Shown: piece after piece, positions 23,589 through 37,416 of the stretch
Numbering within the stretch: position 1 is the stretch's first letter
How the letters are laid out: every line of letters begins with the position of its first letter
Origin: Lobosporangium transversale
Lineage: Eukaryota
Direction: 5' to 3'
DNA length: 64,000 nucleotides
Assembly: GCF_002105155.1 (NCBI RefSeq)
Contig: NW_019029012.1
Span: forward strand, 62,001 to 126,000
Program-made: the position numbers and the translations under genes
The notes under the pieces: generated by a model
Database searches by the model: none
What the model was told of the DNA's origin: nothing
What the model saw: the letters and a program-made list of their open reading frames with translations, nothing else

Positions 23589-26500
23589 TTAAGCGAGACT
23601 CAAATTCGGATTGACCTTGTGTACTTCTGACAGTGCCTGAGCTCCTTTATTCCCAATCGAGTTCTGACTCAAGTCCATGGTGGTCAAAACCTCGTTAACC
23701 TTGAGTGCCTCAGATAGTGCAAGGACTCCTTCATCTCCAATTGAGTTGCCCCACAGGTATAAATTGGTCAAATTCCTATTGATCTTGAGCGCCTCTGACA
23801 GTCCCCGAGCTCCCTCATCTCTAATTAGGTTCTTTCCCAACCTCAGAGTGGTCAACGTCATATTGGCCTTGAGTGCCATCGACAGTCCCTGAGCTCCTTC
23901 GGCCCCAATCAAGTTGTCGTTCAAGTTTATAGTGGTCAAAGCCTTGTTAACCTTGAGTGCCTCTGAAATTGCAAGAGCCCCTTTATTCCCGATCGAGTTC
24001 TGACTCAAGTCCATAGTGGACAAAGCCGCATTGGTTTTTAGTGCCTCAGACAGTACAAGGGCTCCTTCATCTCCGATTGAGTTGAGCAACAAGTACAAAG
24101 TGGTCAAAGTTGTGTTGACCTTGAGTGCTTCTGATAGTCTCCGAGCCCCTTCAACCCCGATTAAGTTATTTCCCAACTTCAAAGTGGTTAAAGACGTATT
24201 GATCTTGAGCGCCTCTGACAGAGCAAGAGCTCCTTTGGCCTTAACTGAGTTGCCCATCAAGCTCATAGTGGTCAAAGCCTTGTTAGCCTTGAGACCTTCT
24301 GAAAGTGCAAGAGCTCCATTGTCCCCAATTGAATTGCCCTCCAAATCCAAAGCGGTTAACGCCGTGTTAGTCTTGAGCCCTTCTGATAGGACAGAGGCCC
24401 CTTTATCCCCAATTGAGTTGCGCCACAAGTACAAACTGTTTAATGTCGTGTTGATCTTGAGTGCTCCTGCAAGTGCAAGGGCTCCATCATCCCCAACTGA
24501 GTTGCCTTCCAAGTCCAAAGTAGTTAAAGCCGCATTAGTCTTGAGCGCCTCTGACAGGGCAAGGACTCCTTTATCCCCAATTGAGTTGCTCATCAACTTC
24601 ATAGTGGTCAAAGTTGCGTTGGTCTTGAGTGCCTCTGCCAGTGCTTGAGCTCCTTCGTTCATAATTGAATTACCCTCCAAGTCAAGAGTGGTTAAAGTGT
24701 TGTTGGCCTTGAGTGCCTCTGACAATGCCAGTGTCCCCTCTCTTCCTAATGAGTTACTCGCCAATTTCATAGAGGTCAAAGCTCTGTTGACCTTGAGTGC
24801 CTCTGACAGCGCAATAGCTCCTTCTTTTCCAATTGAGTTGCCCTCCAAGTCCAAAAAGGTTAAAGCGGTATTAACCTTGAGCGCTTCTGATAGTGCAAGA
24901 GCCCCTTCTTTCCCAATCATATTGCCCTTCAGTCTCAGAGTGGTCAAAATCGTATTGACCTTAAGTGCCTCTGACAGCACCCGAGCTCCTTCCTTCCTAA
25001 TTGAGTTGTCTTCCAAGCCCAAGGCGATCAAAGTCGTGTTGGTCTTGAGTGCATTTGCAAGATCCTGAAATACATTGGCTTCGATCTTTCGAGGTCTCAT
25101 CTCCATGGTTAACTTGTGTGGGTATGACAGTCTTTTAGGTTGTAAACTGGAAAGCTTTACGAGCTCTGGAGATAGAATGATATGAATCTTCTTCGTATTG
25201 CCCAGTTCCATGATGTGAACAACTCCTTCATACCGCAGGAATGCTTTGACTACTGTAAAGAACTTGTTGATACTTTGTCGAAGCTGCCCAAGTTTCAGTC
25301 GAAGAATCGATACAGTTGACTTCTTTAGTGCATTCCCAAATGCTTCAAGATCTGCCTCGGTCCAGTCCCAGTTGAATGTGATATCCAGTTCATAAACACG
25401 TCCTGCATTAGCCAGAGCATCGAAGAATCCTTTAGATTTCTCTTTTGATTTCAATGTGATAGTGGCTTTAGCAACTTGCGGGTCATAATTGCCGCCACTT
25501 AGTTTGACTGCATCCACAAACACCCTCTGTTCTCTTTCCTTATACGTCAAGCGACAGTGTTCGAAACAAACCCATTTGACATAGCCTGTTTTCGTTATGG
25601 TTTTGTACAAGTTGCCATATTGCTTTTCTTTACCATCGATTCGAAGGAATGTGCTCAGCTGTTGGAGATCCGCTACTTCAAGTGCCTCATAGCCATCGAC
25701 TGTGTTGATGCTGCTCAAGACTGGATCATCCTTAGAGAGCGCTTCCATATAGTCGATTGAGTAATCAATAGCATCGATCAGAGAAGACGAGGATGTTGAC
25801 AACTTGAGCCACTGTAAAAGGACGAGCATGTGCTTTCCGTACTTGCGGAAGAATTCCGTGCTGCTTCTGATCTCATATCCTTCATGTTCAGTAATATGCA
25901 CCTGGTTCTGACCGCTCTGACTTGTCTGGACGGTACGATCCCCATCTTCACACAGAAAATGGAGGCGGAACTGGTTACTCAATAGATTCTTTGCGTTCCA
26001 CTCTGTGCGGCTATCAGGTAAAATTACAAATAGTCGAGGGATTTGATACTCTTGTAGATCAATGTTCTGGGTAAAGATAGCATTAGCGTGTTCTTGAAGA
26101 GCGACAAGTCTGTCGAGGACTGAATGTTCCAAATTTTTAAGCTTCGGTTGCACCTCGAGTTGCGGTTCAAGTACCCCGCCCGGTTTGAGCAGCCCGTCCT
26201 TTTCTTTAGGCCTCAATTTCAGGTTAAGTATCTCGCTATCCTTCCTTATGAGTCCTCCTTGTATTTTGATCATTTCATCTTGCAGTTTAAGTATCCTTTC
26301 ATCCTTCTTTTTGATCTCTAGGAACAACTCTACAATCTGCTCAACGTTAGGGTCGTCAGGGTGGATCTCCTCAACTTGCGTATTATTGTGAATCGATAAA
26401 AGACGATTCTGAGAGGCTAAATCCGCCGACTCTTCCGGTGTAGGCAGCTGACTAGCGGTGTTGTTATTGCCGTTGCTATCGCTGTTGCTGTTGCTGTTGC

Positions 26501-26913
26501 CGGGCTGCAGCACTTTTGTGACAATATCCAGGACCTTGTCAGGGTAGAATCCTATGCGCAGAGGCTCGATTCTAATAGAGCATAGTAGTATAAAAAAATA
26601 AAAAAAATAAAAAAAATAAAAAAAATAAAAATAAAAAAGCTATCAAACTGGATTCCTCATTGTCTTTCTAGGGCAATTAATAAGACGCGTTATGATCAAT
26701 AAAGTACCTGTTGCCATCAGCGTCTACAAGGAAAGGGATGGGAAGCCCATCCAATTTGAACAGCAGTGCATCCGGAAACGCGTCTCGAACCTCTTGCACA
26801 CTCACATAGCATGGCGAGCTACTGACATTGTCGGTGGAGACGAGAGTGGTTTTGACACGAACTTTTTCAATGATGTTGCCCTTTCGAAATCTTTGGTATT
26901 GATGTTCGCTCAT
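23589..26913 (-). CDS. LRR protein A: novel N-domain, coiled coil, Roco/TRN1-C-terminus-like domain, 17 RI-type 28-aa LRRs (~1062 aa)
   Basis: Exons 26913-26708 and 26571-23589 join in phase (DGNR|IEPLRIGFYPDKVLDI). The repeat consensus is NTTLTTLxLxxNxIGDEGALALSEALKx. Confidence 0.9.
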
Positions 26914-28378
26914 TTCGGTGGTAATTCAAGGGATTCAAGGGATGATGACAGGATGAAGAATTTTTAACCAGGGGTACAGTCAGCCTTTTTTTTTTTTTTT
27001 TTTTTTTTTTTTCACTTGCTGAGGTAAGAAATATGCCTGTTAGTTTGCATGTGCCCTCTTCAAACCCCTTTTCCTTGACTCCTGCACCGCACTTGATTTG
27101 ATGAGCTTGCTGCATTCACTTATTCAACAATTGCTTGATCGAATGAGTTTACTTTCTTTCAAGAGAACTGCTTGTCAATAAAATATGGAGATATGGTTAA
27201 AGCTGTTGAAAAGTAGGCCTTGGTTATTGACGTCGTATCAGCATGCTACCGCTCTCTCTTGGAAGATTTCAAGGATGTAGATTTTGAACCCATAGACCAA
27301 ACTGAGCTTCAGGACTCTTCCTTTCTGTCTTCTCGACCACGCTCGATCTCGTCGACAACATAGCTTGTTTTCCTCCCTAGCAGAGACAGTGGGACTAATT
27401 TCGTTTATCTGTTCAGAATAGTTTCTGGATGTTTATGGAATTTGGTCAAAAGATCTTTCTAGTGAACTTGAAATCGATCAAGACACGACAACTGCTTTAA
27501 GAACGACGTCTTGAAGGCATTTCTTAATCCCAACCAGCGTACCAGACTTATCATTGGTTTGCTCGGCTCGTCTCAAGTTGGCAGTTGTCATTGAGTGATT
27601 CAATGTACCCAATGTAAAGAGTAGCAGCTGGATGCTTTGTGTCTCCCGTCATCTTGGCATCAAGAAATACTGTTGTGGTATTCATTTTTATTGACAATTC
27701 AGCTATGAATTGTGTTCAGTATCATAAAACAATAAACTTGTGCTGGATAAAAGCTGTCAGATAATTTATGCACTTTTAAATGCATCCATACCACTGCCCG
27801 CCGATGTCACCACATCCTCCGTTTTGTGCTTTGGCGCAGTCGTGAGAATGTAGCTGAATCGAAACGCCAGCTATTGTATCAGGATTTACCTTTTGCTACT
27901 TGGACATGAGCTGTGCACATGTTCTGGATGATGAAAGGGGCCACAAGTAAGCGCCATTACTGCCTTTACCTCCTTCACCGCCTTTACTTTGTGCAATTTA
28001 AAGATCACACATGGTTGATCATTACTAAATACTCTGCATTGGCCTTTATTGACTATGAAAAATGGGATACTATATAATTAATAAGGATGAGCTTTTCACT
28101 ACGCTGGGATGTTCGTAGGATCAAAAAGTAACCTCGCAATGAACGCTTGACTGTTGCAACGTTATTCATTTAGAAGGGCTATTTTTCCTTAGCTATTCTA
28201 ACACCATTTCATGATTTAATCAATCATATCAATTAAACTAATTAAATAACAACAACAGTTCATAGTCAGCCAGGCGACACTGAACGCCTCTCCCCCTCCC
28301 TGAGGAGCGCCAAAGCTCGATCAAAGTGTCTCTCATTTATTGAAGTCTAAACCGCATTAGTCTTGCGTCAGGGCTCAT

Positions 28379-30520
28379 TCATTCCTCAAACAAGTCCAAA
28401 CTGGTCAAAATGATGTTGGTCTTGAGTACCTCTAGCAGCATGAAAGCTCCTTCATCCCCAATCGGGTTGCCCTTCAAGTACAAAGTGGTCAAACTTATAT
28501 TAGCCTTGAGTGCTTGTGATAGTGCAAGAGCCCCTTTATCCTCAATTGAATTGTTGTACAAGTCTAAAATGGTCAAAGTTCTATTGGTCTTGAGTGCCCC
28601 TGCTAGTGCAAGAGCTCCTTTATCTCCAATTGAGTTTTTCTTCAAGCCCATAGTGGTCAAAGTCGCATTAACCTTGAGTGCTTCTGACAGCGCAAGAGCT
28701 CCTCCATCCCCAATCGAGTTGTCCGTCAATTTCATGGTGGTCAAAGTTGTGTTGACTTTGAGCGCCTCTGCCAGTACCAAAGCTCCTTCGTTCATAATTG
28801 AATTACTCTCCAAGTCCAGAGTGGTTAAAGTGCTGTTGGTCTTGAGTGCCTCTGACAGCACCCGAGCCCCTTCCTTTCCAATTGAGTTGCCCTCCAGGTT
28901 CAAGATAGTCAAAACGGTGTTGGTCTTGAGTGAATGCGCAAGTTCTTTAAAATCATTAGGCCCAATTTTTCGAGGTTTCATCTCAATGGTTAGCTTATGA
29001 AGACGTGGCGATATTTTGGGATGTAGGTTGGAAAGTTTTATGAGCTCTGGGGATAAAACAAGATGGATCGCCTTCATACTGCTTAGTTCTATGATGCGAG
29101 CAAGTATTTCATATCGCGTGGATGTTTTGGATAATGGCCAGTTAATGCCTTCTTGAAACCGTCCAAGTTCAAGTCGAAGAATCGATACGCTTGACTTCTT
29201 TAGTATATCCTCAAATGTTTCAAGGTCAGCCTTGGTCCAGTCCCAGTTGAATGTGATATCCAGTTCATAAACACCTCTTGTCTTGCCCAGAGCGGCGAAG
29301 AATTCTTTAGCTCTATTTCTTGACTTCAATGTGATAACCACTTTACCAAGGTACGAATCACATTTGCCGCCATCCATCTTCACTGTATTTTCTAAGGCTC
29401 TCTGTTCTTTTTCATTATACATGGCGTGATAGTGGTCGAGACAAACCCATTTGACATGCCCTGCTTCCGTCATGACTCTGTGCAAGTTGCCATGTTGCTG
29501 TTCTTTATCATTGATTTGAAGGAATGTGTTCAGCTGTCGGAGATCTGCTACTTCAAGTCCCTCATAGTCGTCGATTGAGTTGATATTTTTCAAGGTTGGA
29601 TATTCAACAGTCAGTGCCATCATATACTCGATTGAATGATTGATAGCATCGACCAGAGGAGTCGAGGACTTTTCTGACTTGAGCCACTGTAAAAGGATGA
29701 GTATGTACTTTCCGTACTTGTGGAAGAATTCCGTACTATTTTGGATCTCATATCCGTCACGCTGGACAACATGGATTTGGCTCTGGCTGCTCTTGCCTGC
29801 CTTTACGGTGTGATTCTCACCTTCACACAGGAAATGAAGGCGGAACTTGTTCCTCAAGATATTCATTGGATCCCACTTGGTGGTATCGACAGGCAAAACT
29901 ATAAATAACCGAGGGATTGAATACTCATGTAGCTCAAAGTTCTGGGCAAGAATAGCATTGGCGTGCTCTTGAAGGATAGCAAGTCTGTCGCGGGCTTGAT
30001 GCTGCAAAATAATTGTCTCCAATTGCAGTTTATATATCTCGTCGTCTTTCTCTTTGTCCTTCACCTGCAGTGAATACAACTCCCATTCCAGTTTAAGTAT
30101 TTCGTTGTCCTTCTCTTTGGCTTCCAATAATAGGTCTTTAATCTCTACATTTGTAATGATGTCCAGAACCTTGTCAGGATAGAAAGCACCGCGTGGAGGT
30201 TCGAATCTAGTTAATAAATAAATAAAAAAAAAAAAAAAAAAAAAAAAAAAGACGCGTCAAATTGAGTCCTCATTCTTCGGGAACAACTGATAAGCACTAT
30301 AATCAATAATATACCTCATGCCATCAGAATCAAAAAGGAATGGGATGGGAAACCCATCCAACTTAAACCACAATGCATCCGGAAACCAGTCTTGAACGTC
30401 TAGTAGATCCACATAATATGACGAACTGCTGGCATTACCGGCAGAGGTGGAAGTAGCTCTGACACAGACTTTTTCAATGATGCCGGCCTTTCGGAATTGT
30501 TGGTATTGATGCTTGCTCAT
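28379..30520 (-). CDS. LRR protein B, paralog of A with ~6 LRRs (~677 aa)
   Basis: Exons 30520-30315 and 30206-28379 have the same intron position and domain order as A. Confidence 0.9.
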
Positions 30521-31782
30521 TTCAGTGGTAATTCAATGAATTCAATAGATGCAGTGGATTCAATCGATGATGAAAAGAAGAATTTAAACCAGGGGTACAT
30601 ACTCGGCCATATTTTTTGAGAATAAAATATGCACTCGAACGATGTATTGAGTACATTCACCCGTGCTACTCCTTATCCCACAATGATGGCTGAATTCCAC
30701 CCAACAGTATTATATAAGCCAGTAGAACTAGAAACTGAACTTGTTCAATCTTCCATCTGTATATATTTGTCCTCACTTACAAGATATTTCCGCCTTTGTC
30801 CCGCGCAGAAACGACGGGAGAATTTTGTTCTACTCTTAAGATAGGTTTGTTGATTTCTGCAATTGTCGAAAGGATCGAGTCAAAGAGAGCTTTTCGATGG
30901 ACTAAGAACTGAAAATGATTTGTGGCAATTGCTTCACTAACGACATTTCTTGTAAGCATAAACTTGTATCTGGAGAGAAGCTACTATACTTATATGCAAG
31001 CATCATTGTCTGTTGACATCGCCCACACTCTCTGGTTTGCTCTTTGATGCGACTGCGAGGGATCAAAATATCGATTATTGATCGCATATGCCGCACAGAC
31101 ATGAGGTAAAGGAATAGCTAATATGATGAGTGGAATGCTTATAGCTCTTTTTAATGATGGCGAACACATTCTGTTCGTGACCAGGCTTTTTTAGGTGAGG
31201 CCGTCGAGGAGAAACCACGCTCCTGCAAAAGCCTTCCGTCTCATCTGTCCTGTCTCCATTATCAGGATTGGTTGGGTAAGGTCGTTCGTTTTTTTTTTCT
31301 TCTGCCATTAAAGGTAAATATCATTCACCTAAAAAAAAGATTAGGATTGCGCGAAAGAGCAATCAGCCTCAATCTGTTTCTCCTCACATAATACATTCCA
31401 AAAGCTTCTTTATCAAAGGCTTTAATGTTTCATGCTGATTGAATATGAGCTGCTGGTCCAGGTCATTCATAATTCCTCCCCATTTTGGCTGGATACATTT
31501 GCATAAAAGGCGCTCATAGCGGTTTTCCAAGTGGATATCGATAAAAAGGAAAGGAGCTCTGTTGAAACTACATCATTGGTCGGGTTATATAAATATATAT
31601 AGAGGAATATTTCATGGTAACCGGGCACAAGGGCCAAGAATATCATTGCAGTAACCTCCTCCCTTTATCATGAGCATCTATGCCCGGTTCTAATCTTTTC
31701 TTAATGGTGCATTGCTCTTGTATAGTTGAACTGCAATCAGTAAAGAGGCGGAAATGGAGATTCGAATCACATTAATTTATTA

Positions 31783-32182
31783 TTATCTAGTATTTTGAAG
31801 CAACAGTTTCTTGAGTTCCTGAATATGCGTATCTTGCTTCGCCTGCTGCTCCTGCAGCTGCTTCTGCAATTGTTCCACGCGGGCATCCACATTAGTTATA
31901 TATTTTCCCGTTTCCTTATTGATTTCAGCATCCAATTTTGCTTGATAAGCTTTCATCTGCTGCGTAGTCGCCGTGAAATAGATTTCCCTTGGGAAGCAAT
32001 CGTACGTCTCACGGTAACCAGGAATATGATATGACATATTTTCAGCCGCCTCAATATATCGCAGACGTGATTCAATCCATGTCAATCTCCATCCATCATC
32101 ACCCTTTGTGAATGCCACATTGATAAGTGCTAAATAAGAGGCACAACTACCAATATTAATATATATATATATATATATATAT

Positions 32183-32225
<43 letters not shown>

Positions 32226-35200
32226 GAGTAATTGCGCCACATAATACGTACCAATAAGTACATTCAGCATCAAGATAACTGTAAAGAAAAAGAATATCAT
32301 CATCATGATATGGAAAGCCCAGTCTTGAGAAGAAAACTTTGGATCAACAGGGTCATAACGACCGCCCTACATTATCAAACAAATAATGTGGTCATTTCGT
32401 GAGATAGTGGATTCTAATATGTGAATATATATAATTAAATGAAATAACTTACCATCATGAAGTACGTTGCTGATAGTGCCCCGAAGAAATGCAAAGGTAA
32501 ATATCCTTCATCTTCTATTCGCTCACATCCGCTTGTCGGACAGGCATGAAGCAGATGTAATATCCCAATTGTGAATGCAATGACCCCTGTTGCAAAGATC
32601 ACGAAAAAGACTTGGATCTCCTTAGTAGCATGCTGGATAATTGTCACATATTTGCACACCATCTCGTTGACTCTGAGCTCAAAGAGCTATTTAGAAAAAT
32701 AGAAGTAATAAGATAAGAAAAAGAAAAGAATATTTAAGGAACCTGTGTTCACCCGTCAAAAGTACGAAGAGTAAGACCGTCATCATACAGCTGCTTAAAA
32801 AAAAAAGAAAAGAAGGCAAGAAAGAGACGAGAAGCTTAATACATACCATGTGCAGAAACACAACCAGGACGCTGAAGCTCACGAGCCTGGTATTTCCAAA
32901 TTGATCGCTATTGAAGATGACAATCAATTGATGGATACCGGCAGCCATAGGTATTAAAAACGCGAACATGTCAAGCAGGTTATACAGTGACCTAGATACC
33001 AAGAGTATTGAATGAAAGCGATGTTAGAACCTAAATAGTCCTCAGTAGTAAACGTTTTGAACATTGAAATCGATGACTAATTGGCAGAAATACCCATTCT
33101 CGTCTTACTCTTTGTATTTTTCCCAATTCTGATATGCTTGCAAGGCTTCAAGCCATATGAAAATGGCAGACATGACGATAATAGCACTAAATAACCCAAT
33201 AAAGGGAGTACGGTCCTCGCCGGTATAATACACTTGCATGAAAGCAACCACAAGGACCAGAATATAATAAATGCATTGAAATGCGAATCTGCCAAGCCAA
33301 TAAGAGAACCCAATCGTATTCCTGTTTACATGTCGCGACATGGACAAAGTACTTCGTCAATAAGCATTAAGGACAATAGTAACAACGTAAGGAGAAAAAA
33401 AAAAGAAAGCAAAAAAAGAGGTCATTGTTGATTGCCTTACCATTTATATGCGACCAAGGCAGCAATGGCTGGGTTATCAAAAAAATCCAGATTAAAGTTG
33501 TAGCATTGGACGTACAACTGGTTCCTGGGATTCAACTTGAAAAGAAACATGTAGAACATTGACTTCCACCATGTCGTCTTAGATACTATTGCAGTTGATT
33601 TGATCCGCTCTTCAAGAGACAGTATTTTCTTATCCAAGCCGCCATGGTCAGTTCTCTCCTCGACATTATTTTTGTCTTCGGGATAGAACCACAATGCATC
33701 AAAAGAAGCCATGAACAATGGATGTGTAAACAGGTCATTTTTGGGATCCCGTTGCTTGGCCACTACATGTAGTTGCATAATCGGATCCGGCATTTTAGGC
33801 AGTGGCAATGATAGTGGCTCCCAGAATTTGAATCGAAACCTTGGTGGGTAGGCAAGTTTGTGGTTATCGATAATATAAGGCCGCTCCTTAACTGGAATGT
33901 ATGCTATTTGCTCAATACAATCAAACGCTTGCTCTGGAAACATGGTCATAACTTGCTTCAGCGACCCAAATATGGGGGTCAAAAACGAGAGATTACAAGA
34001 ATTGCTGGCATGACTGATGCAGTAATCCATAATCACTTTAGCAACACCAATGACCGCAGGCTGTTTCTCTGCAATCTGAAAAACCTTTTTAAGGGGATCA
34101 TTGAGTTTATGAGCAGCGATGGCCTTCGAGTCCGGGATCCAAGTGATCTTTGTTGGAGGCAATAAAGCCTTCATGATCTGCTCCAAAAAATTTCGATTTG
34201 CATATGTCCAGGCTTCACATAATGTGAAAATGCAGGAGACCGGATTCTGCGAAGATGGCCGAACAAGGGTCTCCAGATATTGGATAACAGCCGCCTGACA
34301 CACTAAGTTACCACCGACATACATGTCTATGGCGCCGCAGATGCCTTGAGATATCCGATTCCTTTCTAGGGTACCGGAATTGTCCACAGGAGGGTAAACG
34401 AGCTTCATGACTTTATAACCATCATAATTTTTTGATGTTTTCAATGAATGCTTGGACTCTTCACCCTTTCTCTTAGGAAAAAGCTTTAAAGCAAACTGCA
34501 TCCCATCTTCGGTAGCCGTGGCACTAGTGATTCTGTAGATAGGAAGGTCGGTAGAGTGCTTCCGACAATCCTCTGCCTGCAATGCCCACACAAGCTCTAA
34601 TTTTGCAAGCTCCGATGAATTCGACTCGCCCTCTGCAAGCAACTTCCACATTTGCATATATCGGCCTGTCACCAGCACAATTCGCGAGGCTTTTGGCAGA
34701 AATATGCAGGAGTGGTCTATATGTGAAGGTCCTAGCAGTATTTTCAAACTCATTCCTTTTTTCTTAGTAATGACTGAATCTGAAGGCGAGGATGAGAAGG
34801 ATACAGGAGGATGGTGTTGTCGTTCTGGTGCCAGGTTGATACGAGTAATGTTGACGGTAGTCAGCGCATCACTAGTCCCTTCAGTGTAGGGGGTCAAAAT
34901 GAATTCGACATCAGAAGTCAATATGAATCTAAGCCTGTGTTTGCGGATAATTTGATTGAACGCTACCCTTTCCAAATCTTTCTCTCTAAATTTGCTATCA
35001 GGTAAGGGGATAGTACCAATATCCAGCTTAGTGATGTTCATTATAGGTCCCTATTAACATGCAGAAAAGATGTAAAGAAGTGGTGAGGAAGGACTGCTGT
35101 AAGTTATATAATGGCACATACACCCATCAACATCCTATTCGGTCATAGAAGTTGGTTAACTCATTCTCACCTCTCGATAGCCATAAACCTGACCCTTCAG

Positions 35201-37416
35201 TGGACTTGGAAAGTTAAGGCTGCTATCCTTATGGATTGGGAAAGTACGGATGACCTCCATGTCGCGTATTCTTATGAACTTGCACTCAATAAATTGATGT
35301 TTTAGATCATCAGAGGGGTCTTGGTCAAATATCCTAAAGATATGATGATCCATCATCACCTCAAACCGCCTATCCCCTAGGCCCTCGGTATAGTCGCCTA
35401 GCTTCATACCCGAGAATGTTTCATAGATACTGATACATCCCATGGTAGAGATTGCCGCCAGTGATCCATCTCCAGATAGACTGACAAGTGGTCCAGTGTT
35501 ATCGTAGGCGACTGAGATATATGAGGTCTGCTTCATGCTTGCGATATTCCAGAAAGATATTACACCTCTATTACCAGTCCATGCGAAGCAATTGCCGCGT
35601 AGGCTCGTGATTAATTCTGATGCAGCCTCAAAGTTTGGTTCCGCTGCCATAGCCAAAGTTTTGATTTGTGACCATTTCTTATCGGGATTGTGGATGAATA
35701 TTGAAGACCCGCTGCAAGTGATGTGATATTCATTTGTCTTTCCTTGGTTATCGCTAGATGAATATGAATGGAACTTTCCATAGCCTCGAAATTGGCGGAC
35801 AATGCAAGGATTTCCTAACTGCTGTTTTCTAGATGAGGCCTTCTTGGATGCGCTGGAAAGAAAATAAAAGACGGTATTGTATGGCTTTGTGCTATCTACA
35901 TTTTCAACCGTGTCTTCTATTCCAACTGAGGATTCTGATATCGGTTCAGCAGAGTGAATTGTGACATAGTTTCCTGAATCCGATGCTGACATGGAGATAT
36001 TACTCGAGAGAAGGTCACTGACTTTGATTAAAGTTTTATCCCCTCGTGCAATGGGAGCGATATGTGTCTTTGTTGTGCTGCCTTGAGGTTCTTCGGACAA
36101 TTTAGAGTCAAGGGACCAGAGCTCAATAATACCTTGACCATCTTCAGTGAAACACAGTGTTGCGGCATGCGACCCACAGGGATTCAGCGCATATGAGTGT
36201 ATCGTCTTGGTTCTATCCCGAGTGTTGTCGACATGACTCACATCAATGATATGATGAGGCCTGAGTTCACCGTACAAAACAAGATCTGCAGGGTATCATT
36301 AAAAGGTGTATTACTCTAAATGTAACATTCAAATGATTACCTCAAAGTAGTTTTCTTACCTGCTGTGAGCCCTACATCCAATTCAACGTAATGCAACCTT
36401 AGACTCGACGGATCATGTTTCTTCACGTTGATTGAAAGCTCAATATATCCACTAGCAACTATCTCAATCTGCCGATGCAACTTTAGTCTCATAATGGTTT
36501 CCTCCTCTAAGGCCGCATGTTAACAAAACCAAGAGAGTTAAAGTTAATATTATAAAAATGAAATGAGCTATACGACCCCACTCATTTACAAACATAAACA
36601 CTGATCAATGTTACGTACGGATTGAGCCGATCTCATCGATTTTTGCGATGGTGGTATACTCTTTTGCCTAGTTAAACCATAAGGAGGAAATATATTGAAT
36701 TGGTTGGAAACATGGCCACACATAAGAAAGAGAGGAAAAGGCTTGAGAATTACTTACAGCATTCAGGCTACATCGGTTGCTGTCAAGTTGCTTCGCTTCG
36801 ATTCTCAGTGTATCAGATCTATGAGTAAACCTAGAGCTGAGGGTCACGCCAAGTATCATAGAGTACCAACCATGCACAAGCCCCCCTTGTGTCTCAAGTA
36901 AGCACTAGTAATAGATAAAGAGAAGGACAAAATAAGTATTGAAATGATCTCATTTGTATATGTTGCTGTTGTAATATCGTTCCTGACATTACCTTCCAAT
37001 CCTTGTTGGGCGTGATAAATACGGGCGGCTGTTCAATGGTTCCAGCCATGCCTATGATCTCTAACTCTGACTGTTTAAAATACCATCGTACTCCTGGTAT
37101 TTCGTTCATGTTCGGATAGAATATATTAGAGAGTTATCGCTACAAGCAAATGCACACACGAAACTTTGTACAAGTCGGCTATATTTGAGATCTCTGCACC
37201 TTTCTCTAGTTCTGCTGCCAGTGCGGGCGATGATGATAGCTCGGAGGAGTGAGAGCCTATATATGGCTCGCTGGTAGGTGCATTTGATGTCTCATTGTCT
37301 TCGATGGGTATAATGACATCCGCATTTCCTGACGCCGTGTATCTGGGTAAGAGGTGCAGTGGTGAAGCATTCGAAAGAGCCTGTGTAGTCGGCTCATTCC
37401 TCAGACCGTCATCCAT
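31783..37416 (-). CDS. TRP-like cation channel 1: large N-terminal beta-rich (propeller-like) region plus 6-TM channel; multi-exon, 5' exons not fully resolved
   Basis: FFDNPAIAALVAYKW|NTIGFSYW precedes the TM helices. Further motifs are YNLLD, LFELRV, the pore segment ATYFMM|GGRYDP, the S6/TRP-box-like LMLNVLI|ALINVAF...W..TWIESRLRYIE.AE and a C-terminal coiled coil. Confidence 0.8.

Noticed and set aside
30629..31520. Short ORFs between LRR B and channel 1
   Set aside because: No recognisable motifs or consistent exon structure.
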